A DNA stretch of 58,886 nucleotides from Fibrobacterales bacterium (GCA_051532035.1 JAOPTW010000026.1:1-58886); one strand, 5' to 3'. Positions 28,325 through 40,514 are shown, counted from the first letter of the stretch. Translations and numbers: made by a program. The notes: generated from the letters alone by a model not told the origin.

Positions 28325-28738
28325 ATGCCGTTAGTAACGTGGTCAGATGATTTTTGTATCCAGATAACCGAAATAGACAATCAGCATAAATGGCTTGTAG
28401 ATATGCTTAACCGCTTTTATGATGCCGTTCTGGCAAATGAATCTAAAAAGAGTCTGCGCATTTTACTTGAAGATCTTACTGATTATACGGTTACTCATTT
28501 TGCAGCTGAAGAGAAAAAGTTTGATGTCTTTAAGTATGAACATACCGTTGAACACAAAAAAAGTCATAAAAAATTTATTGACAAAGTTACTGATGTAAAA
28601 CAACGGGTAGAAGATGGAAGAGAAGTATTACCAATAGAGATGGTGATATTCTTAAAAGACTGGCTGCTTAAGCACATACAAGATGAAGACCGGCAGTTCT
28701 TTCAATGTTTTCATACCCAAAGTACTGGTCTGGGATGA
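28325..28738 (+). CDS. Bacteriohemerythrin
   Basis: [33 protein letters not shown] di-iron ligands all present; ORF track starts at 28313. Confidence 0.95.
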   Translation: MPLVTWSDDFCIQITEIDNQHKWLVDMLNRFYDAVLANESKKSLRILLEDLTDYTVTHFAAEEKKFDVFKYEHTVEHKKSHKKFIDKVTDVKQRVEDGREVLPIEMVIFLKDWLLKHIQDEDRQFFQCFHTQSTGLG

Positions 28739-31700
28739 TAATACGTACTGTATTGCTGTTTATTATATTATGTGGGTGCATTCAGTCAGCCACTGCTGAA
28801 GAACTTGAAAAGGTGAGTATTCAGCTGAAGTGGGAGCATCGCTTTCTTTTTGCAGGGTATTACGCTGCGGTTGAAAATGGATTTTATGCCCGTGAAGGAA
28901 TTGACGTAACGCTTCTAGAAAGTAGGCCTGGAGTGAATCCTGTTCCGCCGGTATTGCGGGGGGATGCACAATATGGGGTGTCGGATACTGATTTGTTGAT
29001 AGAGTATCTGCAGGGGAAGAGCGTTGTTCTTCTTAAACAGATTTTTCAGCACTCTCCTCTGGTGCTGCTCACTTTAAAAAACTCCAAGATTAAATCTGCT
29101 CATGATCTGGTTGGGTCGACAATTATGGCGGGGTCTAATAACCTGAGTCATGCCATTATTCTAACAATGATATTAAATGTCGAAGGAGGATTAGACAAGG
29201 TAAAAATTATTCCCCATACCTTTAATCTTGATAACCTGATTTCAGGAAAGGTTGATGCTTTCTCGGCATATATTTCGAATCAACCATTTGAACTAAAGCA
29301 GAAGGGGATAGAGTATAATGTGATTCACCCCGGAAGTTACGGTATCGACTTTTATGGAGATAATTTTTATACAACAAGAAGTGAGATTGATACGCACCCT
29401 GAACGGGTTAAAAAAATGATACGGGCAACGATCAAAGGGTGGAAATATGCCCTGAATCATACCGAAGAGATTGTAGATCTGATGCTTGAAAAATATAACT
29501 CAGGCATAAGTCGTAATAAATTGCTCTATGAAGCAGAAGTAATAAAACAGATGATTACTCCTGGTTTAATCCCTCTGGGTGAGTTTACCCAGGAGCGGTA
29601 TGTACAAATTGTGGATGCCTATAGAAACGCCGGTTTAACAGTAAGTGGGTTAAACTTTGATGACTTTTTCTATGACTCTCCGCATCACCCGAAACCTAAA
29701 AAGCGTCTGAGTCTTACCGAAAAAGAGTCGGCATGGATAAAAGCTCATCCGGTAGTGAATCTGGGTATCGATCCCGCATGGCCGCCCTATGAATGGTTTG
29801 ATAGAGAGAATAATTATCTGGGGATCTCTTCGAGCTATATCAAACTTATTGAAAAAGAGACTGGTTTGGAGATCAGGACAGTTAAGGATATCAGCTGGGT
29901 GCAGGTGATAGAGGGGCTCAAGGGCGGAACACTGCATATGTCCGCCGCTATAACTGCCAGCGAAGACCGCAATGCCTATTTGACATTTACCCGCCCCTAT
30001 TACTCATCTCCGACAGTGATTGTTGCCAGAAAGGGAACAAAAGTGGTTGGTGGACTTAAAGGGTATGTTGGGCGCAAAGTGGGGACTGGCAGGGGTTATG
30101 TCTATCAGGAGATACTGGAACGTCTCTATCCAGAGATGGATCTTGTTTTGTTTGATACTCCGGAAGACGGATTAATTTCCCTTGCTGTAGGGGGGGTTGA
30201 TGCATATGTGGGGAATCTTGCAGTACTCAGCGCTCTCATTGAACAGGATAATCTGATTAATCTTGAAGTTGCCGGACTTTTGAGCGGGTTTGAGAAGACC
30301 GATGTACGAATGGCCGTACGAAAGGATCTGCCCGAATTGGCATCGATTCTTGATAAGGCACTTGCGGCTGTCAGCGAAAAAGAGAGTGCATCAATTACCG
30401 GAAAGTGGGTGAAAACAACGTTGCATAAATCGGTACAGAAGCATACGGAAAAACCGATGGAGCCGGGGCTTTTTGGTTCTACTATCGGGGCCTTTGGTCA
30501 GATAATGGCAGTTGTCATAATTATAGGGGTGGTAACCTATCTGTTTGTTCTGCTCATTGCTGGGCAACGTAACTCTGCGGGGTATGATTTCTATTCCCGT
30601 CGGACTCGGGTAAAAATAATTGCGTTTAACTTTGTAATGGTGGGGCTGATAGTTATTGCTGCCTGGGTTACCCTGATAAATATTAGAAGTAAAACAGCGG
30701 ACGGGATGTTGAAGACATTGCAGACTGTTCTTGATGTTTCAAATGAGTCCGTAAACAATTGGGCTGATAAGCATATAAACCATATCAGGCAAGTTGCAGT
30801 GCACCCCCGGTTTGTTGAAATGGTTAACGAACAGTTGGATTATTATGACGAGGGAAACTTGCTGAAGGTGGGGGGGACGCTGGAACGTCTTCGCCGGTTC
30901 GTAGTAAAACACCAGAATGGTATGCATGACCTTGGATTTTTTATCATTACGCCGGATGGTGTTACAATCGGATCTGCACGTGATAATAATCTTGGAAGGG
31001 GAAATATAATTAAGACGAACAGGCCTGATTTGTTTGCACGGGTTCTGGGGGGAGAAACAGTATTTATACCGCCGATACCTTCGGATGTCCCCCTACCTGG
31101 AGTGAAAACTATTGAAGGAATGTTTATACCGCCTACTATGTTTTTTGCTTCGCCCATTAAAGGTAATCGTGGTGAAGTAATTGCAGTGTTAACCCAGCGG
31201 TTAGATCCTTATGGTGAGTTCAGTCATATAATTCAGCAGGGTCGGTTTGGAGAAACCGGTGAAACCTATGTTTTTGACGGGGATGGGCATCTTGTTTCGG
31301 AGAGTCGGTTTGATGACCATATTATTAAAGCGGGTTTGATAACTGAACTCGGTCAAAGTATCTACTCTGTCAATATTCGCAATCCGGGACGCAATCTACT
31401 GGAACATGGACCGCTTGAAGTGTCGTCTGAAAAACTTCCACTTACCCTCATGGCGCAAAGTGCCATAGCCGGAGATAGTGGTCATGATATGAACGGGTAT
31501 CTTGATTATCGTGGTGTGCCCGTTGCCGGAGTCTGGATCTGGAATGATTATCTGGGAGTAGGTATGACGACTGAAATAGATATATCAGAAACATATATGC
31601 TTTTTAATGAACTGAAATATATGGTTGCTGTAATTCTGTGTATTGTAACGTTACTGGCGTTCTTTTTTACGTTTTTTAATTTGTATATGGGTAAAAAAAC

Positions 31701-33570
31701 AACGACTGCTCTTAGGACTGCAAATGAAACCCTCGAAGAACGGGTGGAAAAGCGTACGCTTCAATTGCGGGAGGCTCGTGAAGCTGCAGAAACTGCAACA
31801 CAGGCAAAATCAGACTTTCTTGCAAATATGTCCCATGAAATCCGCACACCGATGAATGCAATTATTGGGTTGAACCGACTGGTGGCTATGACAGATTTGC
31901 AGCCCAAACAGCGGGATTATATTACAAAGGTAGGGAGGTCGGCAAAATGGTTGTTGGGTATAATAAATGATATACTCGACTTTTCTAAAATTGAAGCAGG
32001 CAAACTTGATGTTGAACGCACTGCATTCAATCTTTGCGAGGTTATGGAGAACCTTACAAATACCGTTGGTGTTTATGTGCAGGAAAAAGATCTCGGATTT
32101 ACCGTTCATGTCAATGATGATGTTCCGGTATATCTTGTTGGGGACCCGCTCAGGCTGGGACAGGTTCTTTTGAATCTTGTTAATAATGGAATCAAATTCA
32201 CTGATTCCGGTGAAATTAATGTTGGGTGTGAACTGGTGGAACAAGAAGATGACTCGGTAGTATTGCTTTTTTCTGTGAGTGACACCGGTATCGGTCTGAC
32301 AGAAAATCAGCAGGAAAAACTTTTTAAGGCATTTACCCAAGATGATGAATCCATAACACGAAAATACGGCGGGACCGGTCTTGGTCTCTCTATCGCAAAA
32401 GGATTAACAGAAATGATGGGGGGCTCTATCAGAGTATCCAGTGACAAAGGAAAAGGTTCTGTTTTTTACTTTTCCATCAGGTGCGGAATTGCTGAAAAAT
32501 GGGATAAGAAGGTTGCGGTCGAGGTAAATATTGATCCTGTGCGTGGTGCTTCGATATTACTTGTTGAAAATGATGAAATCAATCAGCAGGTTGCTACCGA
32601 GCTTCTTGAAGGAGAAGATTTTTATGTAATGATTGCAAATAATGGGAAGGAAGCACTCGAAATTCTTGATGGAAATGACTCATTTGACCTCGTTCTGATG
32701 GATCTTCAGATGCCAGTTATGGATGGATATACGGCAATAGAAAAAATCAGGGAAAAGTATTCCGCTGAAGAACTGCCTGTTATTGCAATGACGGCAGATG
32801 CTATGAGTGGAGTTGAAGAACGGGTATTCGCCTCGGGAATGAACGGGTGTATAACCAAACCGATTGAAACGTATATATTCTATGAGATGCTGTTGAAGTG
32901 GATCGCACCAGGGGTACGGAAACTCCCCGAGAAAAGAGAACATGCATATACATTTATGAAAGATACAAATGATATTGCACAACTGGAGGGAATCAATATC
33001 GGTGTCGGCCTGTTTCATGTTGCTAATAATATTGCTCTTTTTAAAAAAATACTGCAAACCTTTTCTAAGAAAAATAAAGATTTCATTGTGGAGATGAGAT
33101 CGGCACTTTCTGACAAAAATATTGATGAAGTTGCATCAAGGCTGCACAGTCTCAAGGGGATAACGGGAAATATTGGTGCAAATCAGCTACGCAGTGCGGT
33201 AATTGTGTGTGAAGATTTGGTGAAGCAACAGGTTATTGAAGGGGGGGATTTTGAATTGAAATTTGAGAAACTGAAAAACGAATTGGATATTGTGGTATCA
33301 TCTATAGATAAGCAGCTTTTAAATGATATTGATTCAGGGGTACAGCCTGAGATGGAAAATTTTTCAAATAGCGAGTTTCTGGTAAGAATGAATATGCTGA
33401 ATTCATATCTTGCAAATAGTGATGGGGAGGCCGTACAGGTATATGAAACCATAAAACCACTATTAAAGGAACGTCTTGCAAAGCAAGAGGCAGAAAAATT
33501 AGAGGTGGCTATGCGGAATTTTGATTTCGATGCAGCAGCAGCCATTCTGACAAATATTTCTTTAGGATGA
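28735..33570 (+). CDS. Hybrid sensor histidine kinase: NMT1/THI5-like SBP + family-3 SBP + Cache + HisKA + HATPase + REC + HPt
   Basis: [70 protein letters not shown] overlap with the hemerythrin stop. Confidence 0.93.
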   Translation: MIIRTVLLFIILCGCIQSATAEELEKVSIQLKWEHRFLFAGYYAAVENGFYAREGIDVTLLESRPGVNPVPPVLRGDAQYGVSDTDLLIEYLQGKSVVLLKQIFQHSPLVLLTLKNSKIKSAHDLVGSTIMAGSNNLSHAIILTMILNVEGGLDKVKIIPHTFNLDNLISGKVDAFSAYISNQPFELKQKGIEYNVIHPGSYGIDFYGDNFYTTRSEIDTHPERVKKMIRATIKGWKYALNHTEEIVDLMLEKYNSGISRNKLLYEAEVIKQMITPGLIPLGEFTQERYVQIVDAYRNAGLTVSGLNFDDFFYDSPHHPKPKKRLSLTEKESAWIKAHPVVNLGIDPAWPPYEWFDRENNYLGISSSYIKLIEKETGLEIRTVKDISWVQVIEGLKGGTLHMSAAITASEDRNAYLTFTRPYYSSPTVIVARKGTKVVGGLKGYVGRKVGTGRGYVYQEILERLYPEMDLVLFDTPEDGLISLAVGGVDAYVGNLAVLSALIEQDNLINLEVAGLLSGFEKTDVRMAVRKDLPELASILDKALAAVSEKESASITGKWVKTTLHKSVQKHTEKPMEPGLFGSTIGAFGQIMAVVIIIGVVTYLFVLLIAGQRNSAGYDFYSRRTRVKIIAFNFVMVGLIVIAAWVTLINIRSKTADGMLKTLQTVLDVSNESVNNWADKHINHIRQVAVHPRFVEMVNEQLDYYDEGNLLKVGGTLERLRRFVVKHQNGMHDLGFFIITPDGVTIGSARDNNLGRGNIIKTNRPDLFARVLGGETVFIPPIPSDVPLPGVKTIEGMFIPPTMFFASPIKGNRGEVIAVLTQRLDPYGEFSHIIQQGRFGETGETYVFDGDGHLVSESRFDDHIIKAGLITELGQSIYSVNIRNPGRNLLEHGPLEVSSEKLPLTLMAQSAIAGDSGHDMNGYLDYRGVPVAGVWIWNDYLGVGMTTEIDISETYMLFNELKYMVAVILCIVTLLAFFFTFFNLYMGKKTTTALRTANETLEERVEKRTLQLREAREAAETATQAKSDFLANMSHEIRTPMNAIIGLNRLVAMTDLQPKQRDYITKVGRSAKWLLGIINDILDFSKIEAGKLDVERTAFNLCEVMENLTNTVGVYVQEKDLGFTVHVNDDVPVYLVGDPLRLGQVLLNLVNNGIKFTDSGEINVGCELVEQEDDSVVLLFSVSDTGIGLTENQQEKLFKAFTQDDESITRKYGGTGLGLSIAKGLTEMMGGSIRVSSDKGKGSVFYFSIRCGIAEKWDKKVAVEVNIDPVRGASILLVENDEINQQVATELLEGEDFYVMIANNGKEALEILDGNDSFDLVLMDLQMPVMDGYTAIEKIREKYSAEELPVIAMTADAMSGVEERVFASGMNGCITKPIETYIFYEMLLKWIAPGVRKLPEKREHAYTFMKDTNDIAQLEGINIGVGLFHVANNIALFKKILQTFSKKNKDFIVEMRSALSDKNIDEVASRLHSLKGITGNIGANQLRSAVIVCEDLVKQQVIEGGDFELKFEKLKNELDIVVSSIDKQLLNDIDSGVQPEMENFSNSEFLVRMNMLNSYLANSDGEAVQVYETIKPLLKERLAKQEAEKLEVAMRNFDFDAAAAILTNISLG

Positions 33571-33574
33571 TAGT

Positions 33575-35950
33575 ATGACGCAAAAGAGAAACATTCTATT
33601 AATAGATGATCAGGGGGAAATCATAGAACTGATGATGAATATCCTGAATGAATATTATACTTGTAAAGTTGCTAACACCGGTAAAAAGGCACTTGAAATA
33701 TTATCAAAAACATCTGATATCGCCTTAATTCTCCTTGATGTAAATATGCCAGAGATGGATGGGTACGAAGTATGCCGAAGAATAAAGGCTGAGACACGGC
33801 TTAAAGATATCCCAATAATTTTTATTACCGGTTACACCGATGGTGAAAAAATTGTGAAGGGATTCGAAGTCGGCGGACAGGATTACATAACAAAGCCCTT
33901 TAATCCTAATGAACTGCTTGCTCGAGTCAATACCCATATGGTGATCAATAAAGATTTGCTGCAACGAGTTGAAAGGAGTGAGGAACGCTATCGTACAATA
34001 TTTTTATCCAGTTCAGCAATTGTACTGGTTGATTTAACAGGACTGATTATTGATGCGAATCCCGGATTTGTAAAAATATTTGAATATGAAAGTGCGCGGG
34101 ACCTCATAGGTAAATCAGTGCATGATTTAAAGCCGAAGAATGAATGTGAGGTGTCTCGGAAAAAAATGAATCAGATTGTAAATGTGGGTATTGAGACTAC
34201 ACACTTTGAAATGAGGTATCTGACCCGTACCGGAAGAGTTATATATGGAAATGTTGCGACGACTCGGTGTTTGGAAAGAGATGATGGAGAAGATTTTTTT
34301 ATTTCAGTTTTTTCCGATGTGACCGAACAGCATCATATGCAGGAACAGTTGAAGTTATCCGAAGAGATGTTCAGAACGGTTGCTGACTATACCTATGACT
34401 GGGAGTACTGGATAGATCCAGATGGAGTATTCAAGTATGTTGCGCCGTCGGTTGAACGAATTACCGGGTATACACCGGATTGGTTTCTGGGGGAGGGGTA
34501 TCAGAAGCTGCTGGAAATTATTCACCCTGATGACCGGGATGAATTATTGCGGCATATTAATGAAGATGTGAATGAGCTCGGGTGTAGGTATGAATATGAT
34601 TTCAGGATAATTACTCACCGAGGGGATGTGCGGTGGATAGCCCATGCCTGTCTACCCATAATCAGTGATAATAAATATCTGGGACACCGGGCTTCGAACA
34701 GAGACGTAACTGAAAATAAACAACTGTCACTGAAAATTGAAGAGAGTCAGAGGCGGCTTAAGGATATTGCAGATAATATTGAGGAGATCTTCTGGTTGGT
34801 CAGTATTGAAGGAACGGTAAAAATGGTGAACAGCGCCTTTGGCGAAGTCTTTAAAAGTGATGAAAGTATTCTGGGGAAAAATTTCTGGGAACTTCCCATT
34901 TGGAACGAAAATGAATGTTTAGAAGTAAAGCAAAAAATAAAAGAGATGCTTGATGAGAACATACTGCATTTTTCAATAGAGACCAACTGGCATATGAAAA
35001 GTGGAATTCCCCGAATCTGCAGGAATAATATTTCACTCGTTCCGGATGATACAGGGGGTGTTGGGAACTTTGCAATAATCACTCAGGATATTACCCGGTA
35101 TAAGAAGTTTGCAGAGAAAGAACGTATTCAACAGGAACAGCTTAGGCAGGCCGATAAAATGACCAGTCTTGGGGTGCTGGTAGCCGGTATTGCCCATGAA
35201 ATTAATAATCCGAATAATCTGATAATGCTCAACTCTGCTTTTTTAAAAAAGGTATGGTGGGATATTATTCCGGTACTTGAGAGGGAAGTAACACGCAATC
35301 CTGATTTCAGATTGAGTAATCTTAAATTTGAAACAGTGAAGGATAAATTCTATCAACTGATGAATAGTATAAGTATGGGGAGTGACCGGATAAAAAATAT
35401 TGTGCATAGTCTTAAGGATTTTGTACGGGTGGATACCGGCCTTCTGGATAACAACATCTCAATAAACAATGTGGTAAAGGATGCAGTGACTATTGTACAA
35501 AATGCTATCAGGAAGGTTACAGACAGCTTTACAGTGGAATACGAAGAAAATATTCCGATGGTCAAGGGGAATCCTCAGCAGCTTGAGCAGGTTATTGTTA
35601 ACCTGTTGACCAATTCCTGTCAGGCTCTGGCGTCGGCAGAAAAAGCAATAATGATAAGGACGTCATATGTTGACGGTGAGGTTATGGTTACTGTATATGA
35701 TGAAGGTGAGGGTATGAATGAAGATGTGATGAAACAAATGAAAGATCCTTTTTTCACCACAAAAAGGGATCAGGGGGGGACCGGATTGGGGCTTTCTGTT
35801 TCCCATGGTATTATGGAGGCACACAGCGGTCGTTTGGAATATAAGTCTATACCCGGAATCGGGACGGAAGCGCATATTATTATTCCTGTAGCACAGACGG
35901 GTGGTGATGAATCAAAACTGAGCGAGGAGTCTGGTGATGCAGTACAATGA
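33575..35950 (+). CDS. REC-PAS(x3)-histidine kinase (NtrB-like)
   Basis: LLDVNMP receiver, three PAS/PAC segments, AGIAHEINNP, DPFFTTK, GTGLGL. Confidence 0.92.
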   Translation: MTQKRNILLIDDQGEIIELMMNILNEYYTCKVANTGKKALEILSKTSDIALILLDVNMPEMDGYEVCRRIKAETRLKDIPIIFITGYTDGEKIVKGFEVGGQDYITKPFNPNELLARVNTHMVINKDLLQRVERSEERYRTIFLSSSAIVLVDLTGLIIDANPGFVKIFEYESARDLIGKSVHDLKPKNECEVSRKKMNQIVNVGIETTHFEMRYLTRTGRVIYGNVATTRCLERDDGEDFFISVFSDVTEQHHMQEQLKLSEEMFRTVADYTYDWEYWIDPDGVFKYVAPSVERITGYTPDWFLGEGYQKLLEIIHPDDRDELLRHINEDVNELGCRYEYDFRIITHRGDVRWIAHACLPIISDNKYLGHRASNRDVTENKQLSLKIEESQRRLKDIADNIEEIFWLVSIEGTVKMVNSAFGEVFKSDESILGKNFWELPIWNENECLEVKQKIKEMLDENILHFSIETNWHMKSGIPRICRNNISLVPDDTGGVGNFAIITQDITRYKKFAEKERIQQEQLRQADKMTSLGVLVAGIAHEINNPNNLIMLNSAFLKKVWWDIIPVLEREVTRNPDFRLSNLKFETVKDKFYQLMNSISMGSDRIKNIVHSLKDFVRVDTGLLDNNISINNVVKDAVTIVQNAIRKVTDSFTVEYEENIPMVKGNPQQLEQVIVNLLTNSCQALASAEKAIMIRTSYVDGEVMVTVYDEGEGMNEDVMKQMKDPFFTTKRDQGGTGLGLSVSHGIMEAHSGRLEYKSIPGIGTEAHIIIPVAQTGGDESKLSEESGDAVQ

Positions 35951-37289
35951 AAAAGTATTAATTGTTGATGATGAAAGCGACTTTCTAGATGCAGCTCAGT
36001 TGACTTTGCTATTAGGGGGTTTCACTCATGTTGATGTGCTCAATGATAGTAGAAAAGTACTCGCTTTTCTCAGGAATACTGAGATAGATATTATTACTCT
36101 TGACTTAACAATGCCGTACTTTCCCGGTGAAGAATTGCTGAAAAAAATTGTAGATGAATTTCCACATATTTATGTGATAATTCTTTCTGGTGTTATGGAT
36201 GTTGAGATGGTTATCAACTGTATGCGATATGGAGCAAAGGACTATATTATTAAGCCGATTGATGATGAACGACTTTGTACTACCATTTCAGGTGCGGCAC
36301 GGGAATGTCGTCTGAGGGATGAAAATGCACTTTTGAGTAAAAAGTGCCTTATGGGCACCGTTGACAACAGTGCGGCTTTCGGAAATATTATTACAAGCTC
36401 ACCGAAAATGCAGAATTTGTTTTCATATGCCGAGGCTATAGCCGTTTCACCCCTGTCCGTATTAGTTACCGGTGAAACTGGAACAGGGAAGGAATTAATT
36501 GCTAAAGCATTACATAATCTTAAACATGCAGATGCTCCGTTTGTCGCCTGTAATGTTGCCGGGATAGACGATATTGCATTTTCTGACACTCTATTCGGGC
36601 ATATCAAAGGAGCTTTTACCGGTGCAGATATAGTGCGAAGCGGTATGATTGAAAAGGCACAGGGTGGGACGCTGTTCCTTGATGAAATAGGAGATCTTTC
36701 TCCGGAGTCTCAGGTTAAGTTACTTCGGCTACTACAGGAGGGAGAGTATATTCCGTTGGGAGCTGATGAACCTAAAAAAAGTAGTGCCTGGATTGTAGTA
36801 GCCACGCACAGGGATTTGGGTAACCAGCCTTCATTTAGGAAGGATCTCTTTTTCAGATTGAAAGCTCACTGTATTCAGATTCCTCCTCTCCGTGACCGGT
36901 TGGAGGATATACCCCTTCTTGTACATCATTTTGTGGCAAAGTATAAACCCGATCTTCCGGATACAGAAAGAGTTACGTTGAGTAGAAAAATTGAAAGGTT
37001 TGTTGCGGGACAGTCTCTGACGGGTAATATCCGTGAACTTGAGGGTATTGTTGCAGACCTTGCCTTTACAGATGGTATTATGCCAAATGGAACAACAGCA
37101 GAAGATCAGGTGTTCAAAGCAGGAGATCGGCAGCTGGTTTTGAAATTTGATGATTTTCCAACGATGAATGAGATCAAAATAGAAGTGATAAAAAATGCCG
37201 TGACTCAATGTGGTGGTAATAAAACTTCGGCAGCCAGCCTTCTGGGAGTCTCCCGACAGACAATATTTTCTCTGTATAAAGATGCCTGA
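35934..37289 (+). CDS. Sigma54-dependent NtrC-family response regulator
   Basis: REC (LDLTMP), GETGTGKE, GAFTGA, FLDEIG, C-terminal Fis-type HTH GNKTSAASLLGVSRQT. Confidence 0.95.
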   Translation: MMQYNEKVLIVDDESDFLDAAQLTLLLGGFTHVDVLNDSRKVLAFLRNTEIDIITLDLTMPYFPGEELLKKIVDEFPHIYVIILSGVMDVEMVINCMRYGAKDYIIKPIDDERLCTTISGAARECRLRDENALLSKKCLMGTVDNSAAFGNIITSSPKMQNLFSYAEAIAVSPLSVLVTGETGTGKELIAKALHNLKHADAPFVACNVAGIDDIAFSDTLFGHIKGAFTGADIVRSGMIEKAQGGTLFLDEIGDLSPESQVKLLRLLQEGEYIPLGADEPKKSSAWIVVATHRDLGNQPSFRKDLFFRLKAHCIQIPPLRDRLEDIPLLVHHFVAKYKPDLPDTERVTLSRKIERFVAGQSLTGNIRELEGIVADLAFTDGIMPNGTTAEDQVFKAGDRQLVLKFDDFPTMNEIKIEVIKNAVTQCGGNKTSAASLLGVSRQTIFSLYKDA

Positions 37290-37308
37290 TTTTTGTCTGG
37301 GCTCATTA

Positions 37309-37359
37309 CGTCTAAAAATATTACATGTTTTGTTTTTTGATGTGTCTAATAACTAGGCA
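37309..37359. promoter_or_regulatory. Candidate tandem enhancer (UAS) sites for a sigma54 activator
   Basis: CGTCTAAAAATATTACA (37309-37325) and near-palindromic TGTCTAATAACTAGGCA (37343-37359), 34 bp apart, 60-110 bp upstream of the -24 box. Confidence 0.5.
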
Positions 37360-37418
37360 TTAAATACATTTAACTTCCTTAAATGCTTATTTGTAATCAA
37401 TAGAGACAATTACGTTAT

Positions 37419-37434
37419 TGGCATACTTGTTGCA
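37419..37434 (+). promoter_or_regulatory. Sigma54 (-24/-12) promoter
   Basis: TGGCATACTTGTTGCA matches TGGCAC-N5-TTGCW with correct GG-N10-GC spacing, 38 nt before ATG 37473 and adjacent to a GAFTGA activator gene. Confidence 0.85.
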
Positions 37435-37472
37435 TTATACTCAAATATGAATGTGTTTGGGATGGTGCGACA

Positions 37473-38693
37473 ATGAGTAGAATTTTAGTAGTTGATGATG
37501 AGCCCGAAATCCTCGCTTCTGTGGAATTGATTCTTTTATGTGCCGGCCATACAGTTGATACAGCGGCAAACGGGTTTGATGCTTTGGACTCAATTATGGA
37601 TGCGTCAAGCGAAAAAAAATCATACGAAATTCTTATAACAGATGTGCAAATGCCGGGAAAAAACGGTGAAGAGTTGGTTCGTGAAGTGGTTAAAGAACAC
37701 CCGGACCTTTCAGTTATAGCGATGACTGGGTATGGAGAACGGAATATTGTTGTAGGGTTGATGAAGGCTGGCTGCAGGGAGTTTGTTGATAAGCCGTTCA
37801 CTGATGACCAGATTCTTGATGTTGTTAATAATATTCTACAAGAACGGTCGAAAAGAGGGGAGTTTTTTACCAAAGCTATAGAGGAAAAGGAACGGGAGAT
37901 TGCTGGTTTGACCGATGTTTTTTCGAAACTGAAGGAGCAGGTTAAAGAGGCGGTTGTTTCGTATGATGAAATTATAGCACTAGATATAGATACAATCCCC
38001 CTTGATATAAGTTATAAAGTCAGGCCGCTTTCGGATATCGGCGGAGACCTGCTAGCGGTAAATGAACGTCCGGATGGAAGTGTTGCTGTACTTGTTGCCG
38101 ATGTTGCCGGCCATGATATGAGTGCATCGTATCATGCTGTTCTTATGAAAACTCTTTTCTTGAAATTCTGTAATGTATTAGAGTCTCCCGAGCTGTTTTT
38201 TGCGGGAGTTAATGATGTCCTCGTTGCAGGGGACAACCAGCGTATGATAACAGCACAACTGGTAGTGGTCGATAAGGAACGCCGGTCATTTTCACTGACA
38301 ACCGCCGGTCATCCACCGATTCTGTACTGGTCAGCTAAAAATAACTCTATCACTTTTATTGAGTCTGAAGGGGATGTTATCGGCATTTTACCGAATGTAA
38401 AATTCCACGAGAGAATCATTGATTGTGAGCCGGGAGATTCTGTTCTCATGTATACTGATGGAGTTGTTGAATTAAAAAGGACAGATGGATTAAGCGGGAG
38501 GTCACTTATGCTGACACCAAAAGGCTTGAGTGATCTGTACGGGAATTATTTAACCCTCCCTATGGAGGAATTGGTTGAAGCTCTTTGGCAGGATGCACTG
38601 GAGTTTTCACGATATAAAATTGAGGATGACCTGCTGTTGGTCGGGATAAAATTCAAAGGGAGTAGTGGCAATGTACACAATGCAAAAAAATGA
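37473..38693 (+). CDS. REC + PP2C (SpoIIE/RsbU-like) phosphatase
   Basis: ILVVDDE/ITDVQMP receiver; GGDL, VADVAGH, AGHPP, YTDGVVE, EDDLLLV PP2C motifs. Confidence 0.92.
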   Translation: MSRILVVDDEPEILASVELILLCAGHTVDTAANGFDALDSIMDASSEKKSYEILITDVQMPGKNGEELVREVVKEHPDLSVIAMTGYGERNIVVGLMKAGCREFVDKPFTDDQILDVVNNILQERSKRGEFFTKAIEEKEREIAGLTDVFSKLKEQVKEAVVSYDEIIALDIDTIPLDISYKVRPLSDIGGDLLAVNERPDGSVAVLVADVAGHDMSASYHAVLMKTLFLKFCNVLESPELFFAGVNDVLVAGDNQRMITAQLVVVDKERRSFSLTTAGHPPILYWSAKNNSITFIESEGDVIGILPNVKFHERIIDCEPGDSVLMYTDGVVELKRTDGLSGRSLMLTPKGLSDLYGNYLTLPMEELVEALWQDALEFSRYKIEDDLLLVGIKFKGSSGNVHNAKK

Positions 38694-39429
38694 GGAAATG
38701 CTTTCATTTATAGTGAGCTCTCAATTGGAAAATATTGACCGAATGGCTGAAGATATCAGCCAGTTTATCGCACAATTCGGTGAGTATAATGATTCAGTGT
38801 TAATTCAGGTTATGCGTGAATTGACTCTGAATGCAATAGAACATGGTAATTTGGGAGATATTGATAAAAGCGTGGAAGTCATCATGAATATCCTGGAGAA
38901 TGGACGGGTTCTTCTAAGGGTTAAAGATGAGGGGAGCGGGTTCTCGGATGATGTGTTACCGGTAAAAAGAGCTTTGCAAGAGGCATCTTCCCGTAGAAGA
39001 GGATTGGCGCTTGTTAATTCGCTGGTGGATGAGCTTAAAAAAGGAGAAGATACTATGTCGGTGGAAGCGTTTATTACGATGCAGAAATTATTTGATTGGG
39101 GAGTTAGTGAAACTGACGAGAAGATGATAATTCAACCCAATAGGGGTGTTTCTGCTTCGGTAGTGGATGAACTGAGAAGGCTTCTGTTTAAATGGCTGGA
39201 CACTGGTGTGCCCAGTTGTGAACTGAGCCTTATTCATACAAAAAGTTTTGATTCTGTGAGTCTGAGTCTATTGATATCGTTCTCAAAATACCTTAATGAC
39301 TCGGAGAAAAAAGATTGCTTTTCAATCACGGGAGTATCTCAGGACGTGATGATGCTGTTTCGACTGACTCAAATACGCAGACTATTTAAAATAGAAGAGT
39401 TAACACAGGAAGAAACAGGGGTGGAATGA
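38671..39429 (+). CDS. RsbW-like anti-sigma kinase fused to STAS (anti-anti-sigma) domain
   Basis: ELTLNAIEHGN, VKDEGSGF, RGLALV; C-terminal FDSVSLSLL...MLFRLTQI STAS pattern. ORF track starts at 38665. Confidence 0.8.
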   Translation: MYTMQKNEEMLSFIVSSQLENIDRMAEDISQFIAQFGEYNDSVLIQVMRELTLNAIEHGNLGDIDKSVEVIMNILENGRVLLRVKDEGSGFSDDVLPVKRALQEASSRRRGLALVNSLVDELKKGEDTMSVEAFITMQKLFDWGVSETDEKMIIQPNRGVSASVVDELRRLLFKWLDTGVPSCELSLIHTKSFDSVSLSLLISFSKYLNDSEKKDCFSITGVSQDVMMLFRLTQIRRLFKIEELTQEETGVE

Positions 39430-40514
39430 TGAATAATGTGGATGTTTTTACGTTAATGCACCGGGTGTTGAAATTTCTCCCTCATGCGATAATTGTGGTA
39501 GATGAAGAGGGTGAGATCTGTTACAAAAATGAGAAAATATATCACTACTTTCCATCGTTGATTACGGTAAAAAATCTGAAACATCAGCCTGCAGTGGCAA
39601 AACTGTTTTCAGTATATGATGAGTTGCATGGCAAAGCCGATGTAGTAACACGTTTTGAAACCATTAATGTGCATAATACCTCTGATTGGAAGGATGTGCA
39701 GATCAACGGTGTTACTATGGTTACGGATAGTGAGATATTTGCAGTTATTATGGTGGTCGATGTCTCTGAACAGACAGAGGCAGAGCGCAAGACACTTCTT
39801 ACACTCAGCCGGATGGCTAAAGTGGGATTAAAAACATCGCAGATAATTCATGATCTGAAGAACCCTATTGGGGGAATAATTAGCCTGACTGGAGTGATTC
39901 TAGTGGGTAATGAATGCTTATCGGACAAACTGAAGAATCGAATCGATATCATTAATAAATCAGCACGCTCGGCATTGCATTTGCTTGACGAATTAAATGC
40001 GTTTTCAACCGGGCGCAAAATACCACTGTGTCTTGAGACAATTGAACTAGGAGCATGGTTGAATACGATGACCGATAATTCCGGAATCATGAATATGGTG
40101 CAGGTTGAGGTGGGCGAGAAATGTTATCTGGAATTTGATACGGTAAAAATACATAATGCCCTTTGGAATTTGATTGTCAATGCCCATCAGGCTCTTGAAG
40201 GCAATCCGAGTGGCCGGGTTATACTTGCATATGAAAATCATGTGAATACAGTGATGATTACTGTTTCGGATAACGGACCGGGTATTCCAGAAGCATTACG
40301 TGATTCAATGTTTGAACCAGGTAAAACAATTGGTAAAAAGAACGGGCGGGGACTGGGTCTCAGCAGTGTTATGGATGTTGTGAAAATGCATTGCGGTGAT
40401 ATCACCTGGGAAAGTAATGCTGGCGGGACAACGTTTTTTATACAGCTCCCGATTAAATATAAAAAAGAAAAGGAGGCAACTCATGAGTGGGATAGATCCG
40501 TCATTAGTTTATGA
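39426..40514 (+). CDS. Cytoplasmic PAS-histidine kinase
   Basis: PAS-like N-terminus, IIHDLKNP, NLIVNA, DNGPGIP, GRGLGL; ATGA overlap with the upstream gene. Confidence 0.9.
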   Translation: MMNNVDVFTLMHRVLKFLPHAIIVVDEEGEICYKNEKIYHYFPSLITVKNLKHQPAVAKLFSVYDELHGKADVVTRFETINVHNTSDWKDVQINGVTMVTDSEIFAVIMVVDVSEQTEAERKTLLTLSRMAKVGLKTSQIIHDLKNPIGGIISLTGVILVGNECLSDKLKNRIDIINKSARSALHLLDELNAFSTGRKIPLCLETIELGAWLNTMTDNSGIMNMVQVEVGEKCYLEFDTVKIHNALWNLIVNAHQALEGNPSGRVILAYENHVNTVMITVSDNGPGIPEALRDSMFEPGKTIGKKNGRGLGLSSVMDVVKMHCGDITWESNAGGTTFFIQLPIKYKKEKEATHEWDRSVISL

